IMG/VR virus record: IMGVR_UViG_2690315748_000001
Span: 124,652 to 154,442 of that record
Length of the DNA stretch: 29,791 bases
Origin: a virus
Taxonomy: Duplodnaviria > Heunggongvirae > Uroviricota > Caudoviricetes
Strand: one strand, 5' to 3'
Part shown: piece after piece, positions 1 to 8,587 of the stretch
How the letters are laid out: each line of letters opens with the position of its first letter
Numbering within the stretch: position 1 is the stretch's first letter
Program-made: the position numbers and the translations under genes
Notes under the pieces: model-generated
The model's database searches: none
The model's input: only the letters and a program-made list of their open reading frames with translations
What the model was told of the DNA's origin: nothing

Positions 1-1515
1 ATTAAGAAGCACACGATACTTAACCTTACCTTTATCTGCATCATCAAGAACACCTTTTAACTTGTTCCCTGCAAATGTAAGGTTGATCGTCGCTGTAGTG
101 TTAAGAAGGTAAAATGCCAAATCGCTAAACTTTACATCGTTGGCATTAGCCATTGCTGTGTACTTCATAAATTCGATCTGAGAATCTTCGTCAAGGTTTT
201 CTCTTTCGTCAATATAGTACGCAACTCTTGTTTCATCATTGATCGTTCTTTCCCACATGCTTGTTTTGATTCTATTCACCTGATCAGCAGTCATACCTAA
301 AGATGTAATTGAATCTTTGTCATTGGTATCTATTTGTCTCCATTTATCTGCTATATATCCAAGCCATGAATTGCCTCCATCAAAAGAGAACATGTATCTT
401 GTTTTCCCTGTAGTAGACCCATTCTCCACTCTTTGAGCGACAAATGATTTAATATCACCAAGAAATTCAATGTCTTCTTGATTGATGAGCAATTGCTGGA
501 ATGGCAATGCATTGACTTCAACAAATCGAGTCACACCACCATTTGAAGGAAGTTCATTAGTCCAAGTGACAACTTGAAAATCACTCTTGATCTCGTCTAG
601 CGGACTGTAGTTTGCTATAATTTCCACATTAGGGTTAGTTATGTTTTCTTCCGTGTAATAGAGAACATCAACCTTGTCGCCCAATTCCTCGTATACTGAC
701 ATTGGCTCGATATCTGTTGTGATAACTGAGTCTTTTGTAGTAACGCTGTCAGTGTACTCAATGACTGAAATGCTATTGGTTCCCCACTCACCCTCCAGCG
801 AATAAGGCAAAGAGTCAAGTAGTAATTTAAAGTAATCTAAGTATGGGTCATCCGTAAAAAAACAAAAATCAACATCTCCTTGAAGTTGATTCCACGCAGA
901 TTCAGGAATTATAGATAGATCATCCATTCCGTTGTCAATATACTCTTGATCTGTAGGCTCTGATCCAGTAATAACTACATCAACAAAAACATTCCCATCA
1001 TATTTAATATATTTATTATTATTGTAAATCAAATGCTTCCTTTCGTATTCTGGTGCCAACATCTCAATCTCAAAAATATATAGGTAATAATACATGCCAT
1101 TGTTTTGAGTGATATTCAACCTATAATAACTATAGAAATTATCATTAGTAAAACTGTACTCCCTTTTCTGCGTGGTTCCCCATGCACCACCTATCCAATT
1201 GGTTTGATCTATCTGAGTGTCTAATACAGCCCAATTTGCACCATCATATGAACCCTCAAAAGTCCAATTCCTTGGAGCGCTAGTTCCATCCTCACCGCCA
1301 GCTACTATAGTATACTTTTTTATATTCTGAGCTTTTGCAAAAGCGTATTGAATTACCCCTTTGTTAGCTCCTCTGCCAGTTCTCCAAACAGTATTTGTTT
1401 TTCCATCAAACGCTTTCCAAGCTTCTACCGAAGTATCTTCCGAAGAAGATGCACTCGCCATTCCTGATGGAGTAGAGCTACTTGTCATATTAGGAATCAT
1501 ATTCTTCAAGTACAC
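1..1515 (-). CDS. Discoidin (F5/8 type C)-domain virion/receptor-binding protein, >=505 aa, open at the window edge (absent from the ORF track)
   Basis: Hand translation from GTG at 1515 (SD GGAAGGGG upstream) stays open to base 1: MYLKNMIPNMTSSSTPSGMASASSSEDTSVEAWKAFDGKTNTVW...APRNWTFEGSYDGANWAVLDTQ...YSYYRLNITQNNG...EIEM (discoidin), then RKHLIYNNNKYIKY...EPTDQEYIDNGMDDLSII, ~34-aa degenerate repeats, and YMFSFDGGNSW. Confidence 0.85.
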   Translation of the reverse strand, partial: MYLKNMIPNMTSSSTPSGMASASSSEDTSVEAWKAFDGKTNTVWRTGRGANKGVIQYAFAKAQNIKKYTIVAGGEDGTSAPRNWTFEGSYDGANWAVLDTQIDQTNWIGGAWGTTQKREYSFTNDNFYSYYRLNITQNNGMYYYLYIFEIEMLAPEYERKHLIYNNNKYIKYDGNVFVDVVITGSEPTDQEYIDNGMDDLSIIPESAWNQLQGDVDFCFFTDDPYLDYFKLLLDSLPYSLEGEWGTNSISVIEYTDSVTTKDSVITTDIEPMSVYEELGDKVDVLYYTEENITNPNVEIIANYSPLDEIKSDFQVVTWTNELPSNGGVTRFVEVNALPFQQLLINQEDIEFLGDIKSFVAQRVENGSTTGKTRYMFSFDGGNSWLGYIADKWRQIDTNDKDSITSLGMTADQVNRIKTSMWERTINDETRVAYYIDERENLDEDSQIEFMKYTAMANANDVKFSDLAFYLLNTTATINLTFAGNKLKGVLDDADKGKVKYRVLLN

Positions 1516-1543
1516 GCAAACAACCCCTTCCCTAATTTAGCTA

Positions 1544-2740
1544 TTAATCAACTTTAGATGCTCTTTTGATTGGCATGTTCATAGTATTGATTCTCTTCTT
1601 AAATACTCTCCCTGAGCCAACCGAATCAGTGCTGGAAACCATGTATACCTTTTTAGTAGAGAACTCTGCATTTAATGATAAAATCGTTCCTACTTTTAAT
1701 CCGTATTTTTCAAAATCTTCGGCTGTTGGATTCTTTGCTCCAAGAGAAAATAGTGTGGAATATGTCTCATACATTTCTAATTCTCCGATGCCACAGTATC
1801 TATTACCAGCGGTAGTAGATTCGAAATATATTCTGTAATGTGTGTATGGGTCTATATTATCAATGATAAATGTTTTTCTTTGACCTATAGCCCATCCTGT
1901 AACACCTAATTTCCTGTCGAGAACGACCCAATTAACTCCATCATTACTGGCTTCAAATCTAAAGTTTTTTGGAGTGTATTCCAAATCTGATGGATGTGGG
2001 TAAATTATATATTTTCCAATTATCTTTGGATATTCAAAAACATATCCAACCCACTGATTTGAAGTTTGGTTTGTAGCGCCCAACCACCCTGTAGATGCTG
2101 AATAGTCAAATGCTGCCCAACCGTAGTGAGGATACCCTTGATAGGCGTTGTAAATAACTTTTCCGCTAGGAGTTGTGTCACTTGTCATTTTCGGAACAAC
2201 ATTGAGATTAGGGTCTGAAAATGTAGCAGTAAAAATCTCTCCATTTTCATTCTTAATAAGAAATTTTCTGTCAGGAATATATTCAAACAACTGAAATTCG
2301 CTAATCGACAAATATTGTGAGTCTCCACTATTAGCAGTTATGTTCAACCTGAATGTTTTATAAGGCTTAGGTGTTGTTATTATAAATTCTTTCCCCACAC
2401 TATTAGCCCAACCAGTAACATTAACTTGCGTGTCAAGAGTGTCCCATGTTGCCCCACCATCATTAGATGCTTGGAGTGTCCATGATTTAGGCGCTCTTAC
2501 AAGGAAAGTGGCTTGAGGATAAATCACATACTTACCTACCGTAACTTCTTTTGCAAATGAGTATTCAATCCATCCAGTTGTTACTCCATTCGTTACCCAC
2601 GATGAAGACATTGTAATTGAGCCATCGAAAGCAAGATGAATACCTGATGTGCTGTGATAGCTACTAACACTTGCCAAACCACTAGGAGCGGTTGCGCTAG
2701 TCATATTTGGTATAAGACTTTTAGTTCCATAAGTAGCCAT
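1544..2740 (-). CDS. Tandem discoidin-domain receptor-binding/tail-associated protein (398 aa)
   Basis: Two discoidin-like domains (IPNMTSATAPSG...APKSWTLQASNDGGATWDTLD...FRLNIT...ISEFQL and VPKMTSDTTPSG...PKNFRFEASNDGVNWVVLD...IGELEM), plus the shared C-terminal module (PTAEDFEKYGL...VGSGRVFKKRIN). SD GGAGAG. Confidence 0.82.
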   Translation of the reverse strand: MATYGTKSLIPNMTSATAPSGLASVSSYHSTSGIHLAFDGSITMSSSWVTNGVTTGWIEYSFAKEVTVGKYVIYPQATFLVRAPKSWTLQASNDGGATWDTLDTQVNVTGWANSVGKEFIITTPKPYKTFRLNITANSGDSQYLSISEFQLFEYIPDRKFLIKNENGEIFTATFSDPNLNVVPKMTSDTTPSGKVIYNAYQGYPHYGWAAFDYSASTGWLGATNQTSNQWVGYVFEYPKIIGKYIIYPHPSDLEYTPKNFRFEASNDGVNWVVLDRKLGVTGWAIGQRKTFIIDNIDPYTHYRIYFESTTAGNRYCGIGELEMYETYSTLFSLGAKNPTAEDFEKYGLKVGTILSLNAEFSTKKVYMVSSTDSVGSGRVFKKRINTMNMPIKRASKVD

Positions 2741-2744
2741 ACTT

Positions 2745-3926
2745 TCACTCTCCTAATATAATTTTACTTGCTTTATATTTCTCCAAATCGACTCGATGAG
2801 AGAAGGTTTTCCCTTTCCCAAGACTGGATGATGTTTTGACAACATCTCTGATTCTCATAATCGGAACATCTGGTTCGACTACATACATGCCATACTTAGT
2901 GAAGTCATCTTTGTCATAAGAGTCCAATACGATAAGATCGGGAGAACTTCTTTCGTAAAATGTCAATTCTCCAATTGTCAAATATGTTGCTCCACCAACC
3001 ATAGTTGTTTCAGTAACATTAATTCTGTAATATAAAAATGAATTGAACTTAACTTTTAAGTTGTATTCTCTTTTCTCGTATGGATTCCAAGTTGATTCAT
3101 ATTTTCTTTCATCCAGAACTTTCCAATTTATACCATCGTTACTTCCTTCAAACGTCCAAGCTTTTATATCACCTCTATATGTTGCATTTCTTGAGGTGAC
3201 TGCATATTTTTCAATGATTTTTGGCTGGTTAAACTTAAATTGCAACCAACCTGTTAAGACATTGTTTGCTGTTACCCAACAGTCATTTATATCTGTGGTC
3301 GTTCGATTGAAAGCCTTCCATGCTGGAAAATCGGCACTAAATTGTGAACTTGCACTTGCTACACCAGATGGTGTAGTGTTACTTGTCATTGCTAAATCCA
3401 CATTACTGATCCTAGAAGGTGTTATAGATTTGACTATTCCATTATCGTCTTGCAGAAGGAAATTCCCATCTCTAACCCTCTCTACGTACCATTCATCCAT
3501 AACAACATAATTCGATTTTGGTCTAATTCTATATCTTCCAGCTTCCAGCACTCCCGTAAGGTCATACCATGTTCCATTGTTATATGTGCTTCTTTCAGAA
3601 ACAGTAGCCCATCCAGTATCACCAAATTTTTCAATAAGAATATTCTTAGGAGTGCCACCGCCACCATCACTATATGCCTTACTTCCAATGCACCAAATCT
3701 TAATGTCCTCATAACAATCAAAATCAATATAATTTTGACCAACTCCTCCTATCATAAGAAGCAGAGTTCCATATACAGATGTGGTCGTGGTCGCTCCATC
3801 GAATAGAGCGCTTATGTCGTTATAAACATCCATGGCTCCATTGTGTGAACGTGCGAATGAACCATTTAAATTGATTGATGTTTCGCCTTTAATACCTGCT
3901 ACACTTGGTTTTGCGTTTCCAGCCAT
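2745..3926 (-). CDS. Discoidin-domain receptor-binding/tail-associated protein (393 aa)
   Basis: N-terminal divergent jelly-roll-like domain (ALFDG...GRYRI...MDEWYVE), then a discoidin domain (MTSNTTPSGVASASS...AWKAF...AWTFEGSNDGINWKVLDER...YYRINVT...IGEL), then the C-terminal module (DDFTKYGM...LGKGKTFSHRVDL). SD GGAGTG. Confidence 0.82.
   Translation of the reverse strand: MAGNAKPSVAGIKGETSINLNGSFARSHNGAMDVYNDISALFDGATTTTSVYGTLLLMIGGVGQNYIDFDCYEDIKIWCIGSKAYSDGGGGTPKNILIEKFGDTGWATVSERSTYNNGTWYDLTGVLEAGRYRIRPKSNYVVMDEWYVERVRDGNFLLQDDNGIVKSITPSRISNVDLAMTSNTTPSGVASASSQFSADFPAWKAFNRTTTDINDCWVTANNVLTGWLQFKFNQPKIIEKYAVTSRNATYRGDIKAWTFEGSNDGINWKVLDERKYESTWNPYEKREYNLKVKFNSFLYYRINVTETTMVGGATYLTIGELTFYERSSPDLIVLDSYDKDDFTKYGMYVVEPDVPIMRIRDVVKTSSSLGKGKTFSHRVDLEKYKASKIILGE
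3348..3390. repeat. 43-bp perfect direct repeat, copy 1 (internal dyad CTACACCA-GA-TGGTGTAG at 3359-3376)
   Basis: acttgcacttgctacaccagatggtgtagtgttacttgtcatt is identical to 4599-4641 and encodes MTSNTTPSGVASAS(S) on the minus strand. Confidence 0.95.
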
Positions 3927-3945
3927 ACATCTTCACTCCATTCCT

Positions 3946-3986
3946 AAAAAAATAAAAAGAAGCAAGGCATTTTAGCCTTACTTCTT
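3946..3986 (-). terminator. Intrinsic terminator after the 843-aa gene
   Basis: Minus strand AAGAAGTAAGGC-TAAAAT-GCCTTGCTTCTT followed by a T-rich tract; it overlaps the stop codon. Confidence 0.8.
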
Positions 3987-6509
3987 GATATTGATACTTT
4001 TAATGTCGATTAACTTTGTTAAGTCTACATTTGACTTGAACAGCATTCCCTTACCATAAGTTATGCCATCTACCATAGGCTGTACGAACGTTACGTATCC
4101 TCTATCAAGCGCAGATAAATTGTCCATACCTTCATTCATAAAAGTGTCTTCTGATGGTAAAGTTGTCGATATGGTAGTCCACTTTGATGGCACCTCACTA
4201 ACAACACTAATCCTAATAAGATTTAATTCGCCAACAGTTGTGTAGTTTAAGCCATTGTTTGATGTTATGTTCAATCTGTAATATATATAAGAATAGTCTT
4301 TGTCCAACTTAAACAACCTTGTTTCCTTCTGAGTCCATCCTGTTGGATCGGTAGCAGTATGAATAACAGTCCAATTTGTCCCATTGTCACTTCCTTCGAG
4401 AGTCCAATTTTTAGGAGCAGACCCTATGTCACTTTCATCTCTTGATGTTATTGAATAGGCGTTTATAATAGTGGCTCTATCAAACTTATATGATAAAAAT
4501 CCACTTGGGCTTCCTGCACCTGATGCCCAACAATCTTCTGCTCCTACTGCTTGACCATTAAACGCTCTCCACGCTTCATAGGCGCTACTATAAATGCTAC
4601 TTGCACTTGCTACACCAGATGGTGTAGTGTTACTTGTCATTTTGGGGGTCGTTATAATGTTGGCTATACTTGCAGGATTACCTTTTTCGTATTTTTTATA
4701 TTCGCCATCAATGAAGATAAACGACTTGTTTTTAATTGGAGACTCAATAATTAATACTGGACGATATCCAGAAAATGCATCCGAATATGTTATAGCCTTA
4801 TCTTCGTAAAAACCACTTACAGTAGGCGAACCTCTTCGAACCCTGTTTCCAGAATTAGTAATCGGAATAGAAGAAGTCCATGATGCAACTGTACCCCAAT
4901 TCCAAACATTCTGATCGCCTTTAGCAATAGTGTCATTTAATGTTGATCCAACAATAATTTCATCCCATTCATTATTTTTATCAACGGATGAAACGCCACC
5001 ACTCAATAACCTTAAAGCTTTTACCGATGCTCTATATTTATAAGCACTCCAATTGAACTCTCCACCGTAAACGCCAATGCTGATAGGTTTACCACTTCTT
5101 CTATCCTGCCCCTTATCTGCCCATCCATCACTTGTAATGTTAAATTCTTGGTCGAACAAAGTTCCAACAATATTGGTCGCAAGTGGGATTTCCATAGTGG
5201 ATGATATCTTTGGCTCAGAAAAAGCACAATTAAAGTGTCTAGTTCTAGCAATCCCTCCATTCGCTTCCAATCCATATCTTCCAGCGTTTGACGAACAGTT
5301 GATAAATGAAACTTGTGGGTTACTAACTCCACTGTTTGACCAGCAAAATACAACATCTGATGGGAATGCTTTATTTTCACTTTTCGAAAATACAACATTT
5401 CTAAAGTCCATAAAAAAATTACCACTACCATAGCTACTGTTGTACCAAAAAAATCTTGTATCACCACCATAAGTATTAGATGGTCTAATGATAAGATTTT
5501 GGAAAAACGCCGATGTTCCTAATGGTTGATCATAACTTTGAGCGCCAGAAGCAAGTTCAATTATTGTATTTTTACTTTCTCCAACATAAGTTAAACCTTT
5601 CAACGTAACCAAACCATGAAGCGTTGGTGTCGCATAAACGCCACTCGACAATTTGACAACACCATAATGCGAAGAAAGATCAATTGCTTTCGCGATTGTT
5701 TTAACAGGTTTTTCTTTTGATCCATTATTGGTGTCTACACCGCTTGTCGAATCAACATATATGATACTAACAGGCAGACCATCTACTGCTCCCTTAGCAT
5801 TTATAGTACTAAATGCGATGTAATTCTGTATATTACGGTCTGCAATGAGAACGCAATTCTCCCCTTCGTAACCTTTGAGAATAAAGTAAAAGTCTCCATT
5901 TGGAATTTGTGCGCTTGTCGCAGGAATAAAATCAGATGTTTCTTCCCCTAAGTTCGAAAACGAACCCATCATTCCTGTGCTTGAAGTATAATGGCATCTG
6001 ATTCGCTTCCCAACAGAGATATCAGCCAAATCAGTAACTTCATCTGGATGAAACAATCGACCATTCGAATCAATGTCAATGAAGTCAAGAGCAAATGAAC
6101 TTGCGCTAACTCCAAACACGCTCTTATCAACAACTTTCAAAGTTACAGTATGTTCTCCATCAGGAAAGTCCGTTTTAACAAAACCGACTGTGCTTCCCAT
6201 GTTACTCGATTTCATTCCAGTCTGAAAGTTTCCATAATTAATGCCATCAACCTCAATGTTGAATCCTGAATGCTCACCAGTATTCCAATATAAAACTCCT
6301 ACGATCAACTTTTTCCCTGTGAACTTAAACCTCACCCCATTGTTTGGGTTAGAAGCGTAGTCAGGATAAGAAAGAGTACTGCTATATGTGCCGCTACTTG
6401 AATATGCTTGTCTCATCGGTGTCCCATCAAATACGATTGAAGGGCTTCTTTCGTCATATCTCTTCCATCCTGCTTCGGGTGTAGTTAGTTGTTGTCCAAT
6501 CGTCGCCAT
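3978..6509 (-). CDS. Multidomain receptor-binding/tail fibre-like protein (843 aa): jelly-roll + C-type-lectin-like fold with beta-helix insertion + discoidin
   Basis: Starts MATIGQQLTTPEAGWKRYD (jelly-roll-like, ...ALDFIDID). Then KRIRCHY...LIADRNIQ and LRLLSGG...NEWD...WNW...SWT...RVRRG...GYRPVL. Insert YVDSTSGVDTNNGSKEKPVKTIAKAI...VKLSSGVY (DUF1565/pectin-lyase-like start). Discoidin near the C-terminus. SD AAGGAGG. Confidence 0.75.
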   Translation of the reverse strand: MATIGQQLTTPEAGWKRYDERSPSIVFDGTPMRQAYSSSGTYSSTLSYPDYASNPNNGVRFKFTGKKLIVGVLYWNTGEHSGFNIEVDGINYGNFQTGMKSSNMGSTVGFVKTDFPDGEHTVTLKVVDKSVFGVSASSFALDFIDIDSNGRLFHPDEVTDLADISVGKRIRCHYTSSTGMMGSFSNLGEETSDFIPATSAQIPNGDFYFILKGYEGENCVLIADRNIQNYIAFSTINAKGAVDGLPVSIIYVDSTSGVDTNNGSKEKPVKTIAKAIDLSSHYGVVKLSSGVYATPTLHGLVTLKGLTYVGESKNTIIELASGAQSYDQPLGTSAFFQNLIIRPSNTYGGDTRFFWYNSSYGSGNFFMDFRNVVFSKSENKAFPSDVVFCWSNSGVSNPQVSFINCSSNAGRYGLEANGGIARTRHFNCAFSEPKISSTMEIPLATNIVGTLFDQEFNITSDGWADKGQDRRSGKPISIGVYGGEFNWSAYKYRASVKALRLLSGGVSSVDKNNEWDEIIVGSTLNDTIAKGDQNVWNWGTVASWTSSIPITNSGNRVRRGSPTVSGFYEDKAITYSDAFSGYRPVLIIESPIKNKSFIFIDGEYKKYEKGNPASIANIITTPKMTSNTTPSGVASASSIYSSAYEAWRAFNGQAVGAEDCWASGAGSPSGFLSYKFDRATIINAYSITSRDESDIGSAPKNWTLEGSDNGTNWTVIHTATDPTGWTQKETRLFKLDKDYSYIYYRLNITSNNGLNYTTVGELNLIRISVVSEVPSKWTTISTTLPSEDTFMNEGMDNLSALDRGYVTFVQPMVDGITYGKGMLFKSNVDLTKLIDIKSINIKK
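4599..4641. repeat. 43-bp perfect direct repeat, copy 2 (dyad at 4610-4627)
   Basis: Identical to 3348-3390, 1251 bp (417 codons) away, in the same codon phase. Confidence 0.95.
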
Positions 6510-6528
6510 TTATATTCCTCCTTAAATA

Positions 6529-7095
6529 TCATCCTCTTTTTACTTTCAAGGAATCAATTTTCTTAAACTTCGATCTCTCAATAACCTGAGTGCGAAGAAT
6601 CCCATTATCATTAACTTTTTCCATTTTGTGGCTATATACTTTCTTTAGTGACAGCGCCCCACCAGCAGTGTTTAAATATTCATTGTTGTACTTTCCAACT
6701 TCGTCAAATTGATCGACATAGAAATTAGAAAGGACTTTTTCTGAAAAGATTTCGATTTTGATCTTAGCCCATCTGTCAGGAGAATTGTTGATTGTTCCTG
6801 TCGAATCAACCTCCATATAGTCACTCCACACAAATCCATCTGATGATGTTTTCACATATGTCTTATATGTTGCTCCACCAACTGTGTACACAGTTCTTGC
6901 AACATTCTTAAATGATGCAACCTTGTCGTTAATCGCTATTGGTTCAGATTCCCAATAGCCACTATCCACATAGATAATATTCCCATCCCCATCGACTCCT
7001 CTTTCAGCGAGTTGGAGACGATCATTCTTATAGACAGTATTATTGTAAGTGCCAACATTTAATTCGATAACTATGCCAATCTCTTGAACAGCCAT
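6529..7095 (-). CDS. Putative virion structural/adaptor protein (188 aa) heading the RBP array
   Basis: Beta-sandwich-like N-terminus (GTYNNTVYKNDRLQL...GYWESEPI...KTSSDGFVWSDY...AKIKIEI) resembling the segment inserted in Dit. The C-terminus loosely resembles the end of the shared RBP module. SD GAGGTG. Confidence 0.55.
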   Translation of the reverse strand: MAVQEIGIVIELNVGTYNNTVYKNDRLQLAERGVDGDGNIIYVDSGYWESEPIAINDKVASFKNVARTVYTVGGATYKTYVKTSSDGFVWSDYMEVDSTGTINNSPDRWAKIKIEIFSEKVLSNFYVDQFDEVGKYNNEYLNTAGGALSLKKVYSHKMEKVNDNGILRTQVIERSKFKKIDSLKVKRG

Positions 7096-7110
7096 TTATA
7101 TCACCTCACA

Positions 7111-7725
7111 TTAACGAATAGTCCAGTTAAGATTGCCTGACATGTCAGCCTTCAATGGAGCATGAATCTCGTCTACAATAGTTCCATTGCGTCTGATAAT
7201 CAGTTTTCCATCTAAGTCTTTGTCTGCCGAAATCTTGATTTGAAAAAATGGAGAATCGTATGTTGGAATGCTCAATACATTTTGAAAATTAATATTAACA
7301 TCCAATAACTCCATTTTCTTTTTATATCCAATGTTAAATTGAAGTATTGAGTTAGTGAATGCACCTTCTCCACGCATGAAAGGAGCGGCATCTGATACTG
7401 CATCCTTATAAGTAATCAAGTCGTTGTACACTAAAGCTCTGCCTGTGAGTGGATACTCAACCCCTTCGGCTTCATATGAAACTGTAATTCTATGATTATT
7501 GATTGTGAATACGCCATTACCTACATCAAAAAATGCTTGCGAACTCTCTCCTAAAAGACCGAATCTAACAACCTTCTTCTTGTCTACTGCATAAAAACTA
7601 TTTGGTTTTCCTGTGTCGAAGCTGTATTCTGCAAGATTTGTTCCATCATAATATTCAGCCACCCAAACGTAACTCTGATCTTTTACTGGCGATTGTGTCA
7701 TTTGTCGATTCCCCAAAATAAACAT
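7111..7725 (-). CDS. Conserved phage hypothetical (probable baseplate-region) protein, ~204 aa
   Basis: Long ORF in the tail operon (SPV...WVAEYYDGT...SFY...RFGL). The ORF-track start at 7791 lies inside a terminator. ATG 7725 (or 7701) is downstream of it with purine-rich SD-like sequence. Confidence 0.6.
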   Translation of the reverse strand: MFILGNRQMTQSPVKDQSYVWVAEYYDGTNLAEYSFDTGKPNSFYAVDKKKVVRFGLLGESSQAFFDVGNGVFTINNHRITVSYEAEGVEYPLTGRALVYNDLITYKDAVSDAAPFMRGEGAFTNSILQFNIGYKKKMELLDVNINFQNVLSIPTYDSPFFQIKISADKDLDGKLIIRRNGTIVDEIHAPLKADMSGNLNWTIR

Positions 7726-7767
7726 ATCCTTTAGCCCCCATCCATTGTATTGGAATAAATTGTTGAT

Positions 7768-7807
7768 AAAAAAATAAAGGGTGAAGAACATAAGTCCTCC
7801 ACCCTTT
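7768..7807 (-). terminator. Intrinsic terminator after the 237-aa gene
   Basis: Minus strand AAAGGGTGGAGGAC-TTAT-GTTCTTCACCCTTT followed by ATTTTTTT. Confidence 0.85.
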
Positions 7808-7852
7808 AAAGTGATAACTAACCGTTATTTTATTACAGTACTTTCTTCTGCT
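7806..7852 (-). promoter_or_regulatory. Recurring intergenic motif, copy A (AGCAGAAGAAAGTACTG...CACTTTAA)
   Basis: 16/17 identity with 27946-27962, plus CACTTTAA shared at the base of the terminator stem. Function unknown. Confidence 0.55.
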
Positions 7853-7854
7853 CT

Positions 7855-8568
7855 TTATACATAACGATAAGAAGCACGAACTTTAAAATCTTGTCTACCA
7901 GCGTCAGCATTTAATGGAACAACAGCTTGTAAGGTAACAGTAGCAAAGTTGCCAGCGGCATTTGTAGGACTACCATCATTCTGCACACCCAAGATTTCTT
8001 TAGCATTTGGTTTATGCTCGATCTTAACAGTATCCCACACGATTGAGCCATCAGTTACAGCAGTTCCCTCAGTTGTAGACCATGTTGGGGCAGTACCACC
8101 CGAAGTTCCTGCTGTTGTAACAACATATATAAATCCATTTGCTACTGCTGGTTTAACAGCATCACCAACTGTATAAGCTGTACTTGCTACCCAAGTGGTT
8201 GCTGTCAAACTCTTGCGGTGTTTAGTTGTTCCAGTTGTGCCAAGTGCTTTAGAGTAGTTCGCACCAATCTTAGACGAATTTTGCGACAGGTCAGTTTCAG
8301 CCAAGGTGTCGATCTGAGCATGGAACCAGTCATCACGAACTGCTTGTACAATCTTACCAACTGTATTACCAAGACCACCATCCATATCGCGTGTAGTGAT
8401 CGTGCAGTCTTCCATTTTCGAAACGTCAGCTATACCACCTTTGTTGTTCCAGATATTAAAGGTAAATACGTTGCTCTCATCTCCTGCGTCAATGACACCA
8501 AAGTCAAAAGGAGTAGGAACTTGTGCGGTATGTGTAGAGTCGTACCAGTAGATAATTGGCTTTGCCAT
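7855..8568 (-). CDS. Phage structural protein with inserted CBM5/12-like module (237 aa)
   Basis: FDFGVIDAG...FNIWNN scaffold ending ...DFKVRASYRYV, interrupted by WVASTAYTVGDAV...NGFIY...AGTSGGTAPTW...TDGSIVW. It has its own terminator. Confidence 0.6.
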   Translation of the reverse strand: MAKPIIYWYDSTHTAQVPTPFDFGVIDAGDESNVFTFNIWNNKGGIADVSKMEDCTITTRDMDGGLGNTVGKIVQAVRDDWFHAQIDTLAETDLSQNSSKIGANYSKALGTTGTTKHRKSLTATTWVASTAYTVGDAVKPAVANGFIYVVTTAGTSGGTAPTWSTTEGTAVTDGSIVWDTVKIEHKPNAKEILGVQNDGSPTNAAGNFATVTLQAVVPLNADAGRQDFKVRASYRYV

Positions 8569-8587
8569 ATTATATCAATCCTCTCAA

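Noticed and set aside
4745-4900. DGR variable region before GYRPVL
   Set aside because: No reverse transcriptase and no second (template) copy were seen in the window, and the domain is not C-terminal. A DGR elsewhere in the genome cannot be excluded.
1-7095. Invertible shufflon driven by the tyrosine recombinase
   Set aside because: All cassettes are full genes on the same strand. The only long repeat found is direct, and no inverted partial cassettes were seen.
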